From assembly GCA_963850905.1 (NCBI GenBank), contig CAWKMU010000003.1, forward strand, positions 2,112,001 through 2,176,000: DNA of 64,000 nt. The letters are read 5' to 3'. Origin of the DNA: an uncultured Gemmatimonadales bacterium. GTDB lineage: Bacteria > Gemmatimonadota > Gemmatimonadetes > Gemmatimonadales > Gemmatimonadaceae. Position 1 is the first letter of the stretch, and each line of letters begins with the position of its first letter. The notes beneath the pieces are model-generated. The model was not told the origin of the DNA. It did not search any database and saw only the letters and a program-made list of their open reading frames with translations. Made by a program: the position numbers and the translations under genes. Shown one piece after another: positions 33,275 to 43,220 of this stretch.

Positions 33275-34225
33275 TTACCTCGAGCGCGCCTCTTCTTCGA
33301 GCACCACGCCGCGTAGCGGTGTCCCAAGCGCGTCGATGATCGACTGGGTTACCGGCGGATCCAGAGGAAGCGAGGGATCGATGTAGACGGTCTGGATCTG
33401 CTGCTCGCGCGACATCTGATCCGCTGCCTTGAGCACGTGACTCATCCCGGGCACCACGATGAGCCTTGCGCCGGGATGCGCTGCCGCGAGTGCTTGCCCC
33501 TGGTCGACAGACACCTGGATGTCTGCGGTCCCCTGGACGACCGTGACCGCGGACCGAACTTTGGCGATTTCGATCCGTGGGTCGTATCGAAACCAGGACA
33601 TGAGGTACGGCTGGATCGAAGGGCGGTACAGCACGGCGAGCGCCGGAGGGACGTCCGGGTCGATCCGACGCGCGATGAGCGACTCGAGAATCCGGGTATT
33701 CGCGGCATCGAGTTCGGGCACCGCCGCGAGCTGCGCTGCAAGTTGTATCCGGAGAACGTCCACGGCCGGATAGCCGGCACCAGCGAGAGAAACAAACGCC
33801 TCGACCGGAACGCGCTGAGCGGCGATCATGCCGACCAACGACCCTTCGCTGTGGCCCGCGATCGCGAGCCGGTTGAACCGCCCGTCGCCGCGCAGCTTGG
33901 TCACCCATGCGGCGGCATCCGCAATGTAGTCATCGAAGCGCAGGCTCGACTCGGATTGCATGGCCGCCGCGCTGGCGCCGATCGCACGCTTGTCGTAGCG
34001 AAGCGACGCGATACCGTGCGCAGCGAGTCCCTGCGCGAGCAGCCGATACGCGTCGGTCCGGAGATGCGGCTGAGTGTTCCCATCCCGGTCGACGGGTCCC
34101 GAGCCGGCGATGATGAGCACAACAGATAGCGGGCCCCTTGTGTCCGTGGGACACAGGAGCGTGCCCGCGATCGTCCCCGTCGGTGTCTCCAGGTCGAGTG
34201 GCCGTTCCTCAGTGCGTGTCGGCAT
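33275..34225 (-). CDS. Alpha/beta hydrolase
   Basis: IAGSGPVDRDGN, RYDKR, GHSEG, QGTAD, MSHVLK. Confidence 0.9.
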   Translation of the reverse strand: MPTRTEERPLDLETPTGTIAGTLLCPTDTRGPLSVVLIIAGSGPVDRDGNTQPHLRTDAYRLLAQGLAAHGIASLRYDKRAIGASAAAMQSESSLRFDDYIADAAAWVTKLRGDGRFNRLAIAGHSEGSLVGMIAAQRVPVEAFVSLAGAGYPAVDVLRIQLAAQLAAVPELDAANTRILESLIARRIDPDVPPALAVLYRPSIQPYLMSWFRYDPRIEIAKVRSAVTVVQGTADIQVSVDQGQALAAAHPGARLIVVPGMSHVLKAADQMSREQQIQTVYIDPSLPLDPPVTQSIIDALGTPLRGVVLEEEARSR

Positions 34226-34231
34226 ATCGGG

Positions 34232-34256
34232 TTAGACGCTAGACGTTAGACGTTAG
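34232..34256. repeat. Intergenic heptamer tandem repeat (YTAGACG, about 3.5 copies)
   Basis: TTAGACG CTAGACG TTAGACG TTAG. Confidence 0.75.
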
Positions 34257-34266
34257 GGGGCTGCGG

Positions 34267-35340
34267 TCACTGGCTTACTGGCTCCAACACCAGCTTCTGC
34301 ACCCGCCAGTTGAGCAGCTCTGCGACATACAGCGTGTTCTCTGTCGGGCAGGCGATCTCGTGGATCCACCCGAACTGCTTGGGTTGTTTGCCAGACTTGC
34401 CCAGCATCCCGAGCACCTTTCCGTCGAGTGTCAGCTTGTAGATGCGACCCGGAAACGCGTCCGAGACGTAGAGGACTTGCTTCGGACCTGGCGTAATGCA
34501 GATCGCCCACGGCGCTCCTGGTGCCATCGCGCCGGTGGTTGCGGTCGGCATGTTCCCGATGGCCGGGCGCGCACCCGGTGGAGCAGGGATGTCGATCGTC
34601 ATTTGACGGAGGAAGCGGCCGTCGCCATCAAAGACCTGGATCCGCCGGTTGCCTCGATCGGCCACGTAGACGTGACCCTGCAGGTCAGTCGCGATGCTGT
34701 GGGGCGTGCTGAACTGACCGGGTCCCGCTCCCGGCTCACCCCACGACTTCACCCAGTCGCCGTTCCTGTCGACTTTGGCGATTCGCGAGTTGATGTAGCC
34801 ATCACCGATATAGGTGTTGCCGGCGGTATCCCAGGCCACGTCGGTCACCTGCCGGAAGTAGCCATCGACCGGAGGCAGCGGCGGACTGACGTGCTTCAGT
34901 GGGCCTGTGCCCTCGTCCGACGCCTCCTGCTTGCGACCAAAGACCATCTGGACGCGGCCCGCGGCGTTGAACTCGATGACCATGTCCGATCCCTTGTCGG
35001 TCACCCAAATGTTGTCCTGAGGATCGATTTTCACCGTGTGGGCGAACGACCAGGCGTAGAGGTTGTGGCCAATCTCGCGCACGAAATTTCCAAATGCATC
35101 GAACTCGAGCAGCTGCGTGGCAGCGGCTCCGTACGCCGGCCCCGTCGTGTTCCCGCGTGACAGGACGAATAGGTGCCCTTTGGAGTTGATGGCGACCCCG
35201 GATACCTCTCCCAGATACGAATTGGCGGGCAGCTTCAGAAAATCCGCCACTGATCGGTACGGGATGTCATCCGCCTGCTGCGCGCGTGCGTTCCCCGGCC
35301 ATGCGACCAAGACCGACAGGGCTACGAGTCCGCGTTTCAT
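34267..35340 (-). CDS. NHL-repeat peptidyl-alpha-hydroxyglycine alpha-amidating lyase (PAL)-like protein, exported
   Basis: AHTVKIDPQDNIWVTD, DGYINSRI, PHSIA..VYVADRGNRRIQVFD; signal peptide. Confidence 0.85.
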   Translation of the reverse strand: MKRGLVALSVLVAWPGNARAQQADDIPYRSVADFLKLPANSYLGEVSGVAINSKGHLFVLSRGNTTGPAYGAAATQLLEFDAFGNFVREIGHNLYAWSFAHTVKIDPQDNIWVTDKGSDMVIEFNAAGRVQMVFGRKQEASDEGTGPLKHVSPPLPPVDGYFRQVTDVAWDTAGNTYIGDGYINSRIAKVDRNGDWVKSWGEPGAGPGQFSTPHSIATDLQGHVYVADRGNRRIQVFDGDGRFLRQMTIDIPAPPGARPAIGNMPTATTGAMAPGAPWAICITPGPKQVLYVSDAFPGRIYKLTLDGKVLGMLGKSGKQPKQFGWIHEIACPTENTLYVAELLNWRVQKLVLEPVSQ

Positions 35341-35374
35341 CCAGCCCCCTGACTCGGGTGAGATCCGCCGGCCG

Positions 35375-36548
35375 TCAATGTACGCCCGCGGACCGGTCTG
35401 CCGCACCGCTCGCAAATCGAGCGAGTTGGAACATCTCGACATCATGGCGACTGTGACCAGATTCCACGAGGTCCGCCATGATCTCGCCGACGACGCTGCA
35501 GAATTTGTAGCCGTGCCCCGAGAACCCCGCAGCGATGCACACGCTGGGATGCTCCGGAAGCACGTCGATGACGAAGTGCTCATCGGGGCTGTTGGTGAAC
35601 ATACACGCTGCGAGAGCGAGTGTCGGGCCCGCGGCGAGCGGGAAGTATCGCTCGACGCACGAGCGCACCGCGGCCTCGTCGCGCGGCCCGCATGTCCGGT
35701 CCAGCGTATCGGGGTCCACGGTTTCGCGGAGGTGGTGCCACCGCCCCACCTTGAGCCCCGGAATCCCTTCCATCGGCACGCCGTAAAACGTGCCCTCGGC
35801 AACGCGCATGTTGAACACGGGGAAGCGGGTCGGCACAAACAGCGCCGGCTCGAGAGGGGCGAACCAACCAACGACCTGCCGCTCGGGCACGGCCAGGGGA
35901 CGCAGCCTGGCAACCAGCTGACTGGCCCACGCCCCGGCTGTGATGGCCAGTCGCTGTGTCTCGTACGTTCGGTGCTGGGTCGTGACCCGGATGGCATCGC
36001 CGCGAGCCTCCCACGACAAGACACGTTCGCCGGTGTGAAGCGCGGCCCCCGCTCGCGTGGCCGCGGACGCGTGGGCGACAATGCTGCGCTCCGACAGGAG
36101 GTAGCCACCGTCAGGCTGAAAGACGGCACATGCGTCGTCAGGAAGGGAATAACCGGGAAATCGCTCGTGAACTTCTCGAGCCGTCAAGATCTCGTGTGGG
36201 AGGGCGTGCAGCTCGCACGCCTCGCGCGAGCCCTCGTACAACTGACCTCCCGACTTGTCAATGTCCACTGACCCCGTGACATGAAGCAGCTGCTCGCCAG
36301 TCGCCTGACCGAGCTCGCGCCAGAGAGCATACGCCCGTCGCAAGAGGGGGACGTAGGACGGGTGCTCGAAATACGCGAGCCGGATGATTCGCGTGATCCC
36401 ATGGGATGAGCCCAGTTCGTGAGGGATCGTGAACTGCTCGAGCCCGAGTACCCGATGCCCTCGCGATGCGAGAATGATACAGCGTGGCGCTTCCCATTCC
36501 TCCCACGCCGACGACAATCGTGTCGAAACGCGTGTCAGTTCCGGTCAT
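35375..36548 (-). CDS. solA: N-methyl-L-tryptophan oxidase / monomeric sarcosine oxidase family; apparent frameshift at ~36473
   Basis: GVGGMGSA, GSSHGITRIIRLAYFE, CMFTNSPD, GFSGHGYKF. Confidence 0.88.
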
Positions 36549-36654
36549 CTACCGCCCCTGGGTGCGCGGTCGCCGTCCGCTGTGGGCGGATTAGATTGCC
36601 TCTGCATCTGGATCCCTGCCATTGGCGTCGACCACGACTCGAGGAGGCGGCACT

Positions 36655-37575
36655 ATCGATACGATACTGGGCGCCGGTGGCGCCATCGGCAACGCCTTGG
36701 CGAAGCTGCTTGCGTCCCGGTCACAGCCGTTCAGGCTCGTCGGCCGCAACCCGTCGACACGGGCGGGAGCCGCGGAGACGGTCAGCGCCGATATGGCCGA
36801 CCGCGAGCAGGCACTGCGTGCCGTGGCCGGGTCGCGCGTGGTGTATCTGCTGGTTGGCCTCCAGTACGACCACAAGGCGTGGTCAGAGCAATGGCCGCGG
36901 ATCATGGCGAATACGATCGAGGCCTGCAAGCGCGCTGGCGCCAAGCTTCTGTTTTTCGACAACGTCTACATGTACGGGAAGGTCGACGGGCCGATGACGG
37001 AGGAAACGCCCTTCAACCCGTGCAGCAAGAAAGGCGAGATTCGCGCAGCGATTGCCACGGCGTTGATCGGTGAGTGGCAGGCGGGTGCTCTGACCGGGAT
37101 GATCGCCAGGGCCGCCGATTTCTACGGACCCGATGCGCGCAACGGCGTCCCGAACGTCCTCGTGTTTGCGCCATTTTCCAAGAAACGCAAGGCGTCATGG
37201 CTCATCAACGATGCGGTGCCACACTCGTATACCTATACGGTCGATGCCGCCTACAGCATCGCTGCTCTCGCGGAGCGCGAGTCTGCCTGGAATCAGACAT
37301 GGCACGTGCCCACGACGCCCAATCCTCCGACCGGGCGAGAGTTCATTGCCCTGTGCGCACGTGCGTTCGGCGTGCCGCCAAGGTATCGGGTACTGAGTAG
37401 ACCGCTGCTCCGCCTGGCAGGCCTATTCGTGCCGAATGTCCGAGAGTCGTACGAGATGCTCTATCAGAGCGAGGGCCCGTATTTGTTCGACTCGTCGAAG
37501 TTCGCCCGTGCATTTGGCTTCTCCGGCACCCCATTCGCCGACGGCATTGTCGCGACAGCTGCAACGTTCGACTAG
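36655..37575 (+). CDS. NAD-dependent epimerase/dehydratase family protein
   Basis: ILGAGGAIG, FFDNVYMYG, ARAADFYGP; start uncertain (ATC 36655 after GAGGAGG, or TTG 36622). Confidence 0.85.
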   Translation: MDTILGAGGAIGNALAKLLASRSQPFRLVGRNPSTRAGAAETVSADMADREQALRAVAGSRVVYLLVGLQYDHKAWSEQWPRIMANTIEACKRAGAKLLFFDNVYMYGKVDGPMTEETPFNPCSKKGEIRAAIATALIGEWQAGALTGMIARAADFYGPDARNGVPNVLVFAPFSKKRKASWLINDAVPHSYTYTVDAAYSIAALAERESAWNQTWHVPTTPNPPTGREFIALCARAFGVPPRYRVLSRPLLRLAGLFVPNVRESYEMLYQSEGPYLFDSSKFARAFGFSGTPFADGIVATAATFD

Positions 37576-38911
37576 CCACCTGACACTGTGGCCGCTCATC
37601 GCGGCCACGTTCTTCATGGTGTCGGGCGGCACCTATGGCACCGAAGACATCGTGCAGGGTGCGGGGTACAGCCGCGCGATCCTCATTCTCCTGCTCACGC
37701 CGGTGGTGTGGAGTCTGCCGACCGCGTTCATGATCGGCGAGTTGGCTAGCGCGCTGCCCAAGGAAGGCGGCTACTACGCCTGGACCCATCGTGCGCTCGG
37801 CAGGTTCTGGGGATTTCAGGAAGCGTGGCTGTCGCTCACGGCCTCGGTCTTCGACATGGCGATCTACCCGACGCTCTTCGTGGCCTATCTCGCGCGCCTC
37901 TTCCCGTGGTTCGCGCAACCGAGTCACGGTTGGCTCATGGCGTTCGCGGTGGTCGTCGCGTGCTGCGCGCTGAACATCGCCGGTGTAAAAGCCGTCTCGC
38001 TCACGTCGTTTTGGATGTTCCTCGCTCTGTCGGCTCCGTTTGTTGGAATCGTGTTGCTCGCACCGTTCAAGGTCGGCGCGCTCGCGTCCGTCGCCACGAG
38101 GCCGACCACCGCGAGCGTCGACATCGTGGGGGGGCTGCTCATCTGCATGTGGAACTACATGGGTTGGGACAACGCATCGACGATCGCGACCGAAGTCGAT
38201 CGCCCGCAGCGGACCTACCCTCGGGCGGTTTTGCTCGCCGTAGGAATCGTCGCGCTCAGTTATGTGCTCCCCGTCGGGGCAATGTGGGTCACCGGTCTCC
38301 CCGCATCGGCCTGGGAAACGGGTTTTTGGGCCGACGTCGCCGGCATGCTCGGCGGACCGGGCCTTCGCCTTGGCCTCATCGTCGGCGGCATGATCAGTGG
38401 GTTTGGGATGTTCAATGCGCTCGTCATGAGTTATTCCCGCCTCCCGCTCGCCATGGCCGAAGATGGGATGCTCCCACAGGCGTTCGGGAAACTCACGCGG
38501 CATGCGCGCGCGCCGTGGGTGGCCATCCTGTTTCTGGGCGGGTGTTGGGCCCTCTGCTTGGGGCTCGGATTCGAGCGACTGGTCACGCTCGACATTCTGG
38601 TCTACGGCGCGAGCCTGGTCCTCGAGTTCGTGGCGCTCATTGTCCTGCGCATCAAGGAGCCGGAATTGCACCGGCCATTCCGGGTCCCTGGCGGCCTGAC
38701 GGGCGCCATCGTGGCGGGCGTCTTGCCCACCGTACTGCTCGCATTCTCGATTATTCGAGGCGAACATGAGACAGTCCTCGGCATGAGCTCGGCCACCTTC
38801 GGCTTGATCCTGATCGCACTGGGCGGGGCGGCCTATGTGATCAACTACCGCCTCAGGCCACAGGGGTGGAGCGTCTCTGTCGAGCCGCCGCCCTCGGAGG
38901 CCGCTGCCTGA
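37547..38911 (+). CDS. APC family permease (polyamine/amino acid type)
   Basis: FFMVSGGTYG, ELASALPKEGGYY.W, WNYMGWD; start uncertain (TTG 37547 overlapping upstream gene). Confidence 0.88.
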   Translation: MSRQLQRSTSHLTLWPLIAATFFMVSGGTYGTEDIVQGAGYSRAILILLLTPVVWSLPTAFMIGELASALPKEGGYYAWTHRALGRFWGFQEAWLSLTASVFDMAIYPTLFVAYLARLFPWFAQPSHGWLMAFAVVVACCALNIAGVKAVSLTSFWMFLALSAPFVGIVLLAPFKVGALASVATRPTTASVDIVGGLLICMWNYMGWDNASTIATEVDRPQRTYPRAVLLAVGIVALSYVLPVGAMWVTGLPASAWETGFWADVAGMLGGPGLRLGLIVGGMISGFGMFNALVMSYSRLPLAMAEDGMLPQAFGKLTRHARAPWVAILFLGGCWALCLGLGFERLVTLDILVYGASLVLEFVALIVLRIKEPELHRPFRVPGGLTGAIVAGVLPTVLLAFSIIRGEHETVLGMSSATFGLILIALGGAAYVINYRLRPQGWSVSVEPPPSEAAA

Positions 38912-38964
38912 CGCCGTGTGCGTCGCTCGTATCATTCACTACGACACCAGGCCGATTACCCCGC

Positions 38965-41900
38965 ATGATCGTCGAGCACACCGTGGTCTGCCCCGTTCTC
39001 ATCGGGCGCGCTGGGCCGCTGGCAACAGCGTTCCAGACGCTCGATCACGCTCGCGCGGCGCACGGCGCGACGGTGCTGGTGTCGGGCGAAGCCGGGATCG
39101 GCAAGTCGCGTCTCGTGCGGGCCATGGTCGAGCGGGCTCGGGATCTCGGCTTCGTCACCCTGCAGGGCGCATGCTTCGAGGCTGACCGTGCCCATCCGTA
39201 CGGGCCCGTCTTGGATCTCGTGCGGGTGCTGTCAACGACCATCTCGCCCGCCGTCGCCGCGCACTACTTCGCCCCAGCGGCCGTGGAGCTGGTGACCTTG
39301 TTTCCGGAGCTCGGTGCCATTTTCCCCGACACAGCACCCCGTCACGTGCTGGACCCCGAGGAAGCCAGGCGCCGGCTGTTCCACGTCATGACGGAGGCCG
39401 TGCATGCACTCGGCCGTGTGCAGCCGCTCGTGGTTGTCATCGAGGACGTGCATTGGAGCGATGATGCGACGCTCGATCTCTTACTGCACCTCGCCCGGAG
39501 GATCGGCTCGCAAGCCATCGCGCTCGTCCTCACCTTCCGGAGCGATGAGCTCGGGCCGCGACTCGCGCGCCTCCTGGCGGATCTCGATCGTGCGCGCTGC
39601 GCGTCCGAGATTGACCTGCGTCCACTCGCCCCGTCCAATGTCGCGGCAATGCTCCAGGCCATCTTCGGTTCGGACGCCGCGTTCGGCGCGTCGTTCATCG
39701 ACGGCTTGCATGGCCTGACCGAGGGCAATCCATTCTTCGTCGAGGAGGTGCTCAAAGGACTGCTGGTCGTCGGCGATCTCGAGCGCGCGGACGGCGCGTG
39801 GCGCGTCAAACCGCTCGAGCACGTGCATGTTCCCCGGACGTCCACCGAGGCAGTAGGACGCCGGCTTGCCGGACTGAGTCAGGCGGCCAGGCGCGTCGCC
39901 GAGGTGGCCGCGGTAGCGGGTCGTCGATTCGACTTCACGCTCCTCCAGTCGCTCACGGAACACGACGAGCGCGAGCTGCTATCGCTGGTCAAGGAGCTGG
40001 TCGACGCCCAGGTCGTCGCGGAAGAATCGGCGGACCGCTTCGCCTTCCGCCATGCGCTGACGCGTGAGGCGATACGCGCGCGCTTGCTCGCGCGCGAGCG
40101 TGTGGCGTTGCATCGCGCGATTGCCACGAGGCTCGAGCAACGGTACGACGAGAATGCGGGCCAGCTCGACGACGCGCTAGCGTATCACATGTTCGAGGCC
40201 GGCGCCTGGGATTCCGCGCGGCGTTACGCGCTCCGGGCGGCGGAGCATGCGCTGGCGCTCTGCGCCCCGCGCGAGGCGCTGCAACAGCTCGAGCGCGCGG
40301 TGGTCGCAACGGAGCGCTCCGGAAGCCGTGCCGACGCAGCGTCGTTGATCGCGCGTGGCCGCGCCCACGAGACACTGGGCGCATTTTCACACGCCAACGA
40401 CGACTTCGCCGCCGCGTTGGCCACAGCCCGCGAGTCGGGCGATCGTCGGGCGCAGTGGCAGGCGCTGCACGCGTTGGGGATGTTATGGGCGGCCCGCGAC
40501 TACGTGCGCGCAGGGCAGCACCGACGCGACGCTCTCGATCTCGCCCGGTCTATCGACGACCCCTCGCTCATTGCCCACAGCCTGAACCGAGTCGGGAACT
40601 GGTACGTCAATCGTGAAGTCCCGCACGCTGGTATCCCGTTTCATGATGAAGCGCTGGCGATCTTTGAGCGAGTCGAGGACAAGCGTGGCGTCGCGGAGAC
40701 CGTCGACTTGCTCGCAATGGCGCACCATATCGCGGGCATGCAGGGCTCGGCTGTCCATCTGTACGAGCGCTCGGTCATGCTCTTTCGCGATCTCGACGAT
40801 CGCCGGGGGTTGGCCAACGCGTTGAGTGCGGTGTCGGTGTGCGGTCCGAGTCATCACGCGTCGCCCGGCCCCGTGCTGACCAGCATGCATTCGGCGGATC
40901 TCCTGGCCAATGAGCGCCCCATTCGGATCGCGACCGAGATCGGCTGGCGGGCAGGTGAGGCGTTCACACGATTCCTGATTGCCGACAGCTTGTCGTGGCG
41001 AGGCGAGTACAAGCGCGCGCGCCGGCTAGCTCACGAGGCGCTCGCCATCGCTCAGGAGATGGAGCATCTCGAATGGCAGTGCGGCGCTCGCCGCCTCCTG
41101 GGTACCATTGCGTTGGATCTGTGCGCGCCGTCGGACGCCGTCGCCCACCTCGAGACGGCGCATGAGATCGCCCGGCGGCTCGGGTCGGCCACCTGGACTC
41201 GCTGGACCGGCGCACCGTTGGCGATCGCCCTGGTGCGGGTTGGGCGTGTCGACCGCGCGATCGCCGTTCTCGATGACGTCGACCGCATCGTCCCGGCGTC
41301 GACGTCGGGCGAGGCCGAGCCGGAGAGCGTGCGACGGACGCTGGGCGAGCGATATCTCGCGCTCGCGCGAGCGGAAATCGCCATGGCGCGTGGGCTGCCT
41401 GCGGAGGCGGCAGGCGCCATCGACGATCGGGACATCGCAGGCACTCCGCGCGCCGGTCTCCTCCGGGCTCAAGCGATGGCAGCGCTGGAGCGCTGGAGTG
41501 AAGCAGCGACCACCTTGAACGAGGCGCGTGACGAGGCCCGTCGGCAACACGCTCGTCCGTTGCTCTGGCGCATCGACGCGGCGCAAGGATCCGTGCACCT
41601 GGGCGAGAGACGCCGCATCGAGGCGCGCCGATCCTTCGATTCCGCCCGGGCCATCGCAGCCGAGCTCGCCGCGGAACTCGAAGAACCGGACGCCATAGCC
41701 AGCTTCTGGGCCGGTGTCGACCGCGCCGCGCCGCCGCCCCCCGCGCCGACGAAACGTCAGGCCACCAAGGCGGCGTTTGGGGGCCTCACCCGGCGGGAAC
41801 GCGACACCGCGGCACTGGTTGCGCAGGGGAAGTCCAATCGCGACGCCGCTCGCATTCTTGGCATCGGCGAACGCACGGTGGAGGGCTACGTTGCGGCCGC

Positions 41901-42003
41901 ACTGTCCAAACTCGGTTTCTCTTCCCGCTCGCAGATCGCGGTCTGGGCGGCGGAGCAGGGGTTGGTGCCGAAGGCTGCCGTCACGGGGAAGCTGCACCGC
42001 TAG
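38965..42003 (+). CDS. Large ATP-binding LuxR-family regulator (AAA ATPase, TPR-like region, LuxR HTH)
   Basis: Walker A GEAGIGKS, Walker B VIEDVHW, GNPFFVEE, FRHALTRE, LTRRE..GKSN..ERTVE..KLG. Confidence 0.92.
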   Translation: MIVEHTVVCPVLIGRAGPLATAFQTLDHARAAHGATVLVSGEAGIGKSRLVRAMVERARDLGFVTLQGACFEADRAHPYGPVLDLVRVLSTTISPAVAAHYFAPAAVELVTLFPELGAIFPDTAPRHVLDPEEARRRLFHVMTEAVHALGRVQPLVVVIEDVHWSDDATLDLLLHLARRIGSQAIALVLTFRSDELGPRLARLLADLDRARCASEIDLRPLAPSNVAAMLQAIFGSDAAFGASFIDGLHGLTEGNPFFVEEVLKGLLVVGDLERADGAWRVKPLEHVHVPRTSTEAVGRRLAGLSQAARRVAEVAAVAGRRFDFTLLQSLTEHDERELLSLVKELVDAQVVAEESADRFAFRHALTREAIRARLLARERVALHRAIATRLEQRYDENAGQLDDALAYHMFEAGAWDSARRYALRAAEHALALCAPREALQQLERAVVATERSGSRADAASLIARGRAHETLGAFSHANDDFAAALATARESGDRRAQWQALHALGMLWAARDYVRAGQHRRDALDLARSIDDPSLIAHSLNRVGNWYVNREVPHAGIPFHDEALAIFERVEDKRGVAETVDLLAMAHHIAGMQGSAVHLYERSVMLFRDLDDRRGLANALSAVSVCGPSHHASPGPVLTSMHSADLLANERPIRIATEIGWRAGEAFTRFLIADSLSWRGEYKRARRLAHEALAIAQEMEHLEWQCGARRLLGTIALDLCAPSDAVAHLETAHEIARRLGSATWTRWTGAPLAIALVRVGRVDRAIAVLDDVDRIVPASTSGEAEPESVRRTLGERYLALARAEIAMARGLPAEAAGAIDDRDIAGTPRAGLLRAQAMAALERWSEAATTLNEARDEARRQHARPLLWRIDAAQGSVHLGERRRIEARRSFDSARAIAAELAAELEEPDAIASFWAGVDRAAPPPPAPTKRQATKAAFGGLTRRERDTAALVAQGKSNRDAARILGIGERTVEGYVAAALSKLGFSSRSQIAVWAAEQGLVPKAAVTGKLHR

Positions 42004-42013
42004 GCGGCTGAGG

Positions 42014-42054
42014 TCCCCGTACACGAATTTGATTTCCCCGTACTCTTCACGGGG
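42014..42054 (+). promoter_or_regulatory. Candidate operator for the LuxR-type regulator
   Basis: TCCCCGTAC at 42014 and 42035 (21-bp period) plus palindrome CCCCGT-N7-ACGGGG (42036-42054). Confidence 0.55.
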
Positions 42055-42151
42055 TTCGCGTGCCCCGTCCGCCCTATCCTGTTGCTCACAGACGCCGGCC
42101 GGATGTCACCGGACGGATGCTTCCACGAGCCAGATACGGGAGACCATCGAC

Positions 42152-42622
42152 ATGCGACCCACCATCTCAACCCTTTTGCTGCTCGCGTGCGCGGCCGCGG
42201 CCTCGGCACAGTCGCCCGCCGCCTCGCATCCTGCTTCGCAACCCGCCATCACGTGGGGGCCCGCACCCGCGATCTTCCCGGCCGGCGCACAGATGGCCGT
42301 CCTGGAAGGTGATCCCTCGAGTGCGTCACTCTTCACCGTCCGACTGCGGTTGCCCGACGGGTACAAGATCGCACCGCACACGCATCCGACGGATGAGAAC
42401 GTGACCGTGATCAGCGGCACGTTCCGCGTGGGCATGGGTACGACCTTCGATTCCAAGGGAATGATGACCTTGCAACCCGGCGGTTTCGTGACGGCACCCG
42501 CCAACCACGCGCACTTCGCAGTCGCGCAAGGGGCGACCATCGTGCAGGTTCATGCGATGGGACCATTCGCGCTGACCTACGTCAATCCCGCGGACAACCC
42601 ACAGGCGAGCGCTGCACGCTGA
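42152..42622 (+). CDS. Exported cupin domain protein (DUF4437-like)
   Basis: PHTHPTDENVTVISG, HAHFA; signal peptide; GGGAG RBS. Confidence 0.88.
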   Translation: MRPTISTLLLLACAAAASAQSPAASHPASQPAITWGPAPAIFPAGAQMAVLEGDPSSASLFTVRLRLPDGYKIAPHTHPTDENVTVISGTFRVGMGTTFDSKGMMTLQPGGFVTAPANHAHFAVAQGATIVQVHAMGPFALTYVNPADNPQASAAR

Positions 42623-42629
42623 CTCAGAC

Positions 42630-42655
42630 CCGACGCCTCCCCGCGGAGGCGTCGG
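42630..42655 (+). terminator. Hairpin between cupin and OsmC-like genes
   Basis: CCGACGCCTCC-ccgc-GGAGGCGTCGG, 11-bp perfect stem. Confidence 0.55.
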
Positions 42656-42696
42656 CCCCTCGCAACCTGCACCCTCTTGTTATGCGGAGCCGATCC

Positions 42697-43218
42697 ATGA
42701 CTGGTAACACCACGATCCGAGAGGCGCTCGAGCGCAACGCGCGTGCGGTACAGCTCAAACCGTCAGTCGGTCAGGGGACGGCTGTCACCAAGATCCGACT
42801 GCACCCCGGACTTCGCTGCGACGTCGAGGAAGGGGCGTGGAAGTTCACGGTCGGGATGTCGGAGAAATACGCTGGGACGAATGCCGGCCCCAACCCCGGC
42901 GTGTACGGACGCGCTGCGGTGGGGTCGTGCCTTGCGGTCGGCTACGGCCTGTGGGCCGCTCGGCTGGGCGTGCAGATCGATGCACTCGACGTTGAGATCC
43001 AGGCTGACTACGATGCCCGCGGCGAGCTGGGCGTATCAGACGACGTGCGGCCCGGCTATCTGGCAATGCGGTACATCGTGACGGTCGAGAGTCCGGCGTC
43101 GGCCGAGGACATCATGCGGGTCCTCGATACGGCCGATCGCTACAGCTCCTGGCGTGACGACATCTCGAATGGCGTGCCCCTCACTCGAGAGGTACGGATC
43201 CCCGTGCGGGAGGCGTAA
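42697..43218 (+). CDS. OsmC-like protein
   Basis: GTNAGPNPG..AAVGSCLA, YDARG. Confidence 0.8.
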   Translation: MTGNTTIREALERNARAVQLKPSVGQGTAVTKIRLHPGLRCDVEEGAWKFTVGMSEKYAGTNAGPNPGVYGRAAVGSCLAVGYGLWAARLGVQIDALDVEIQADYDARGELGVSDDVRPGYLAMRYIVTVESPASAEDIMRVLDTADRYSSWRDDISNGVPLTREVRIPVREA

Positions 43219-43220
43219 CG

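Noticed and set aside
34267..36129. 620-aa ORF as a fusion protein
   Set aside because: The N-terminal part is an alternative frame of solA; the true start is 35340 with a signal peptide
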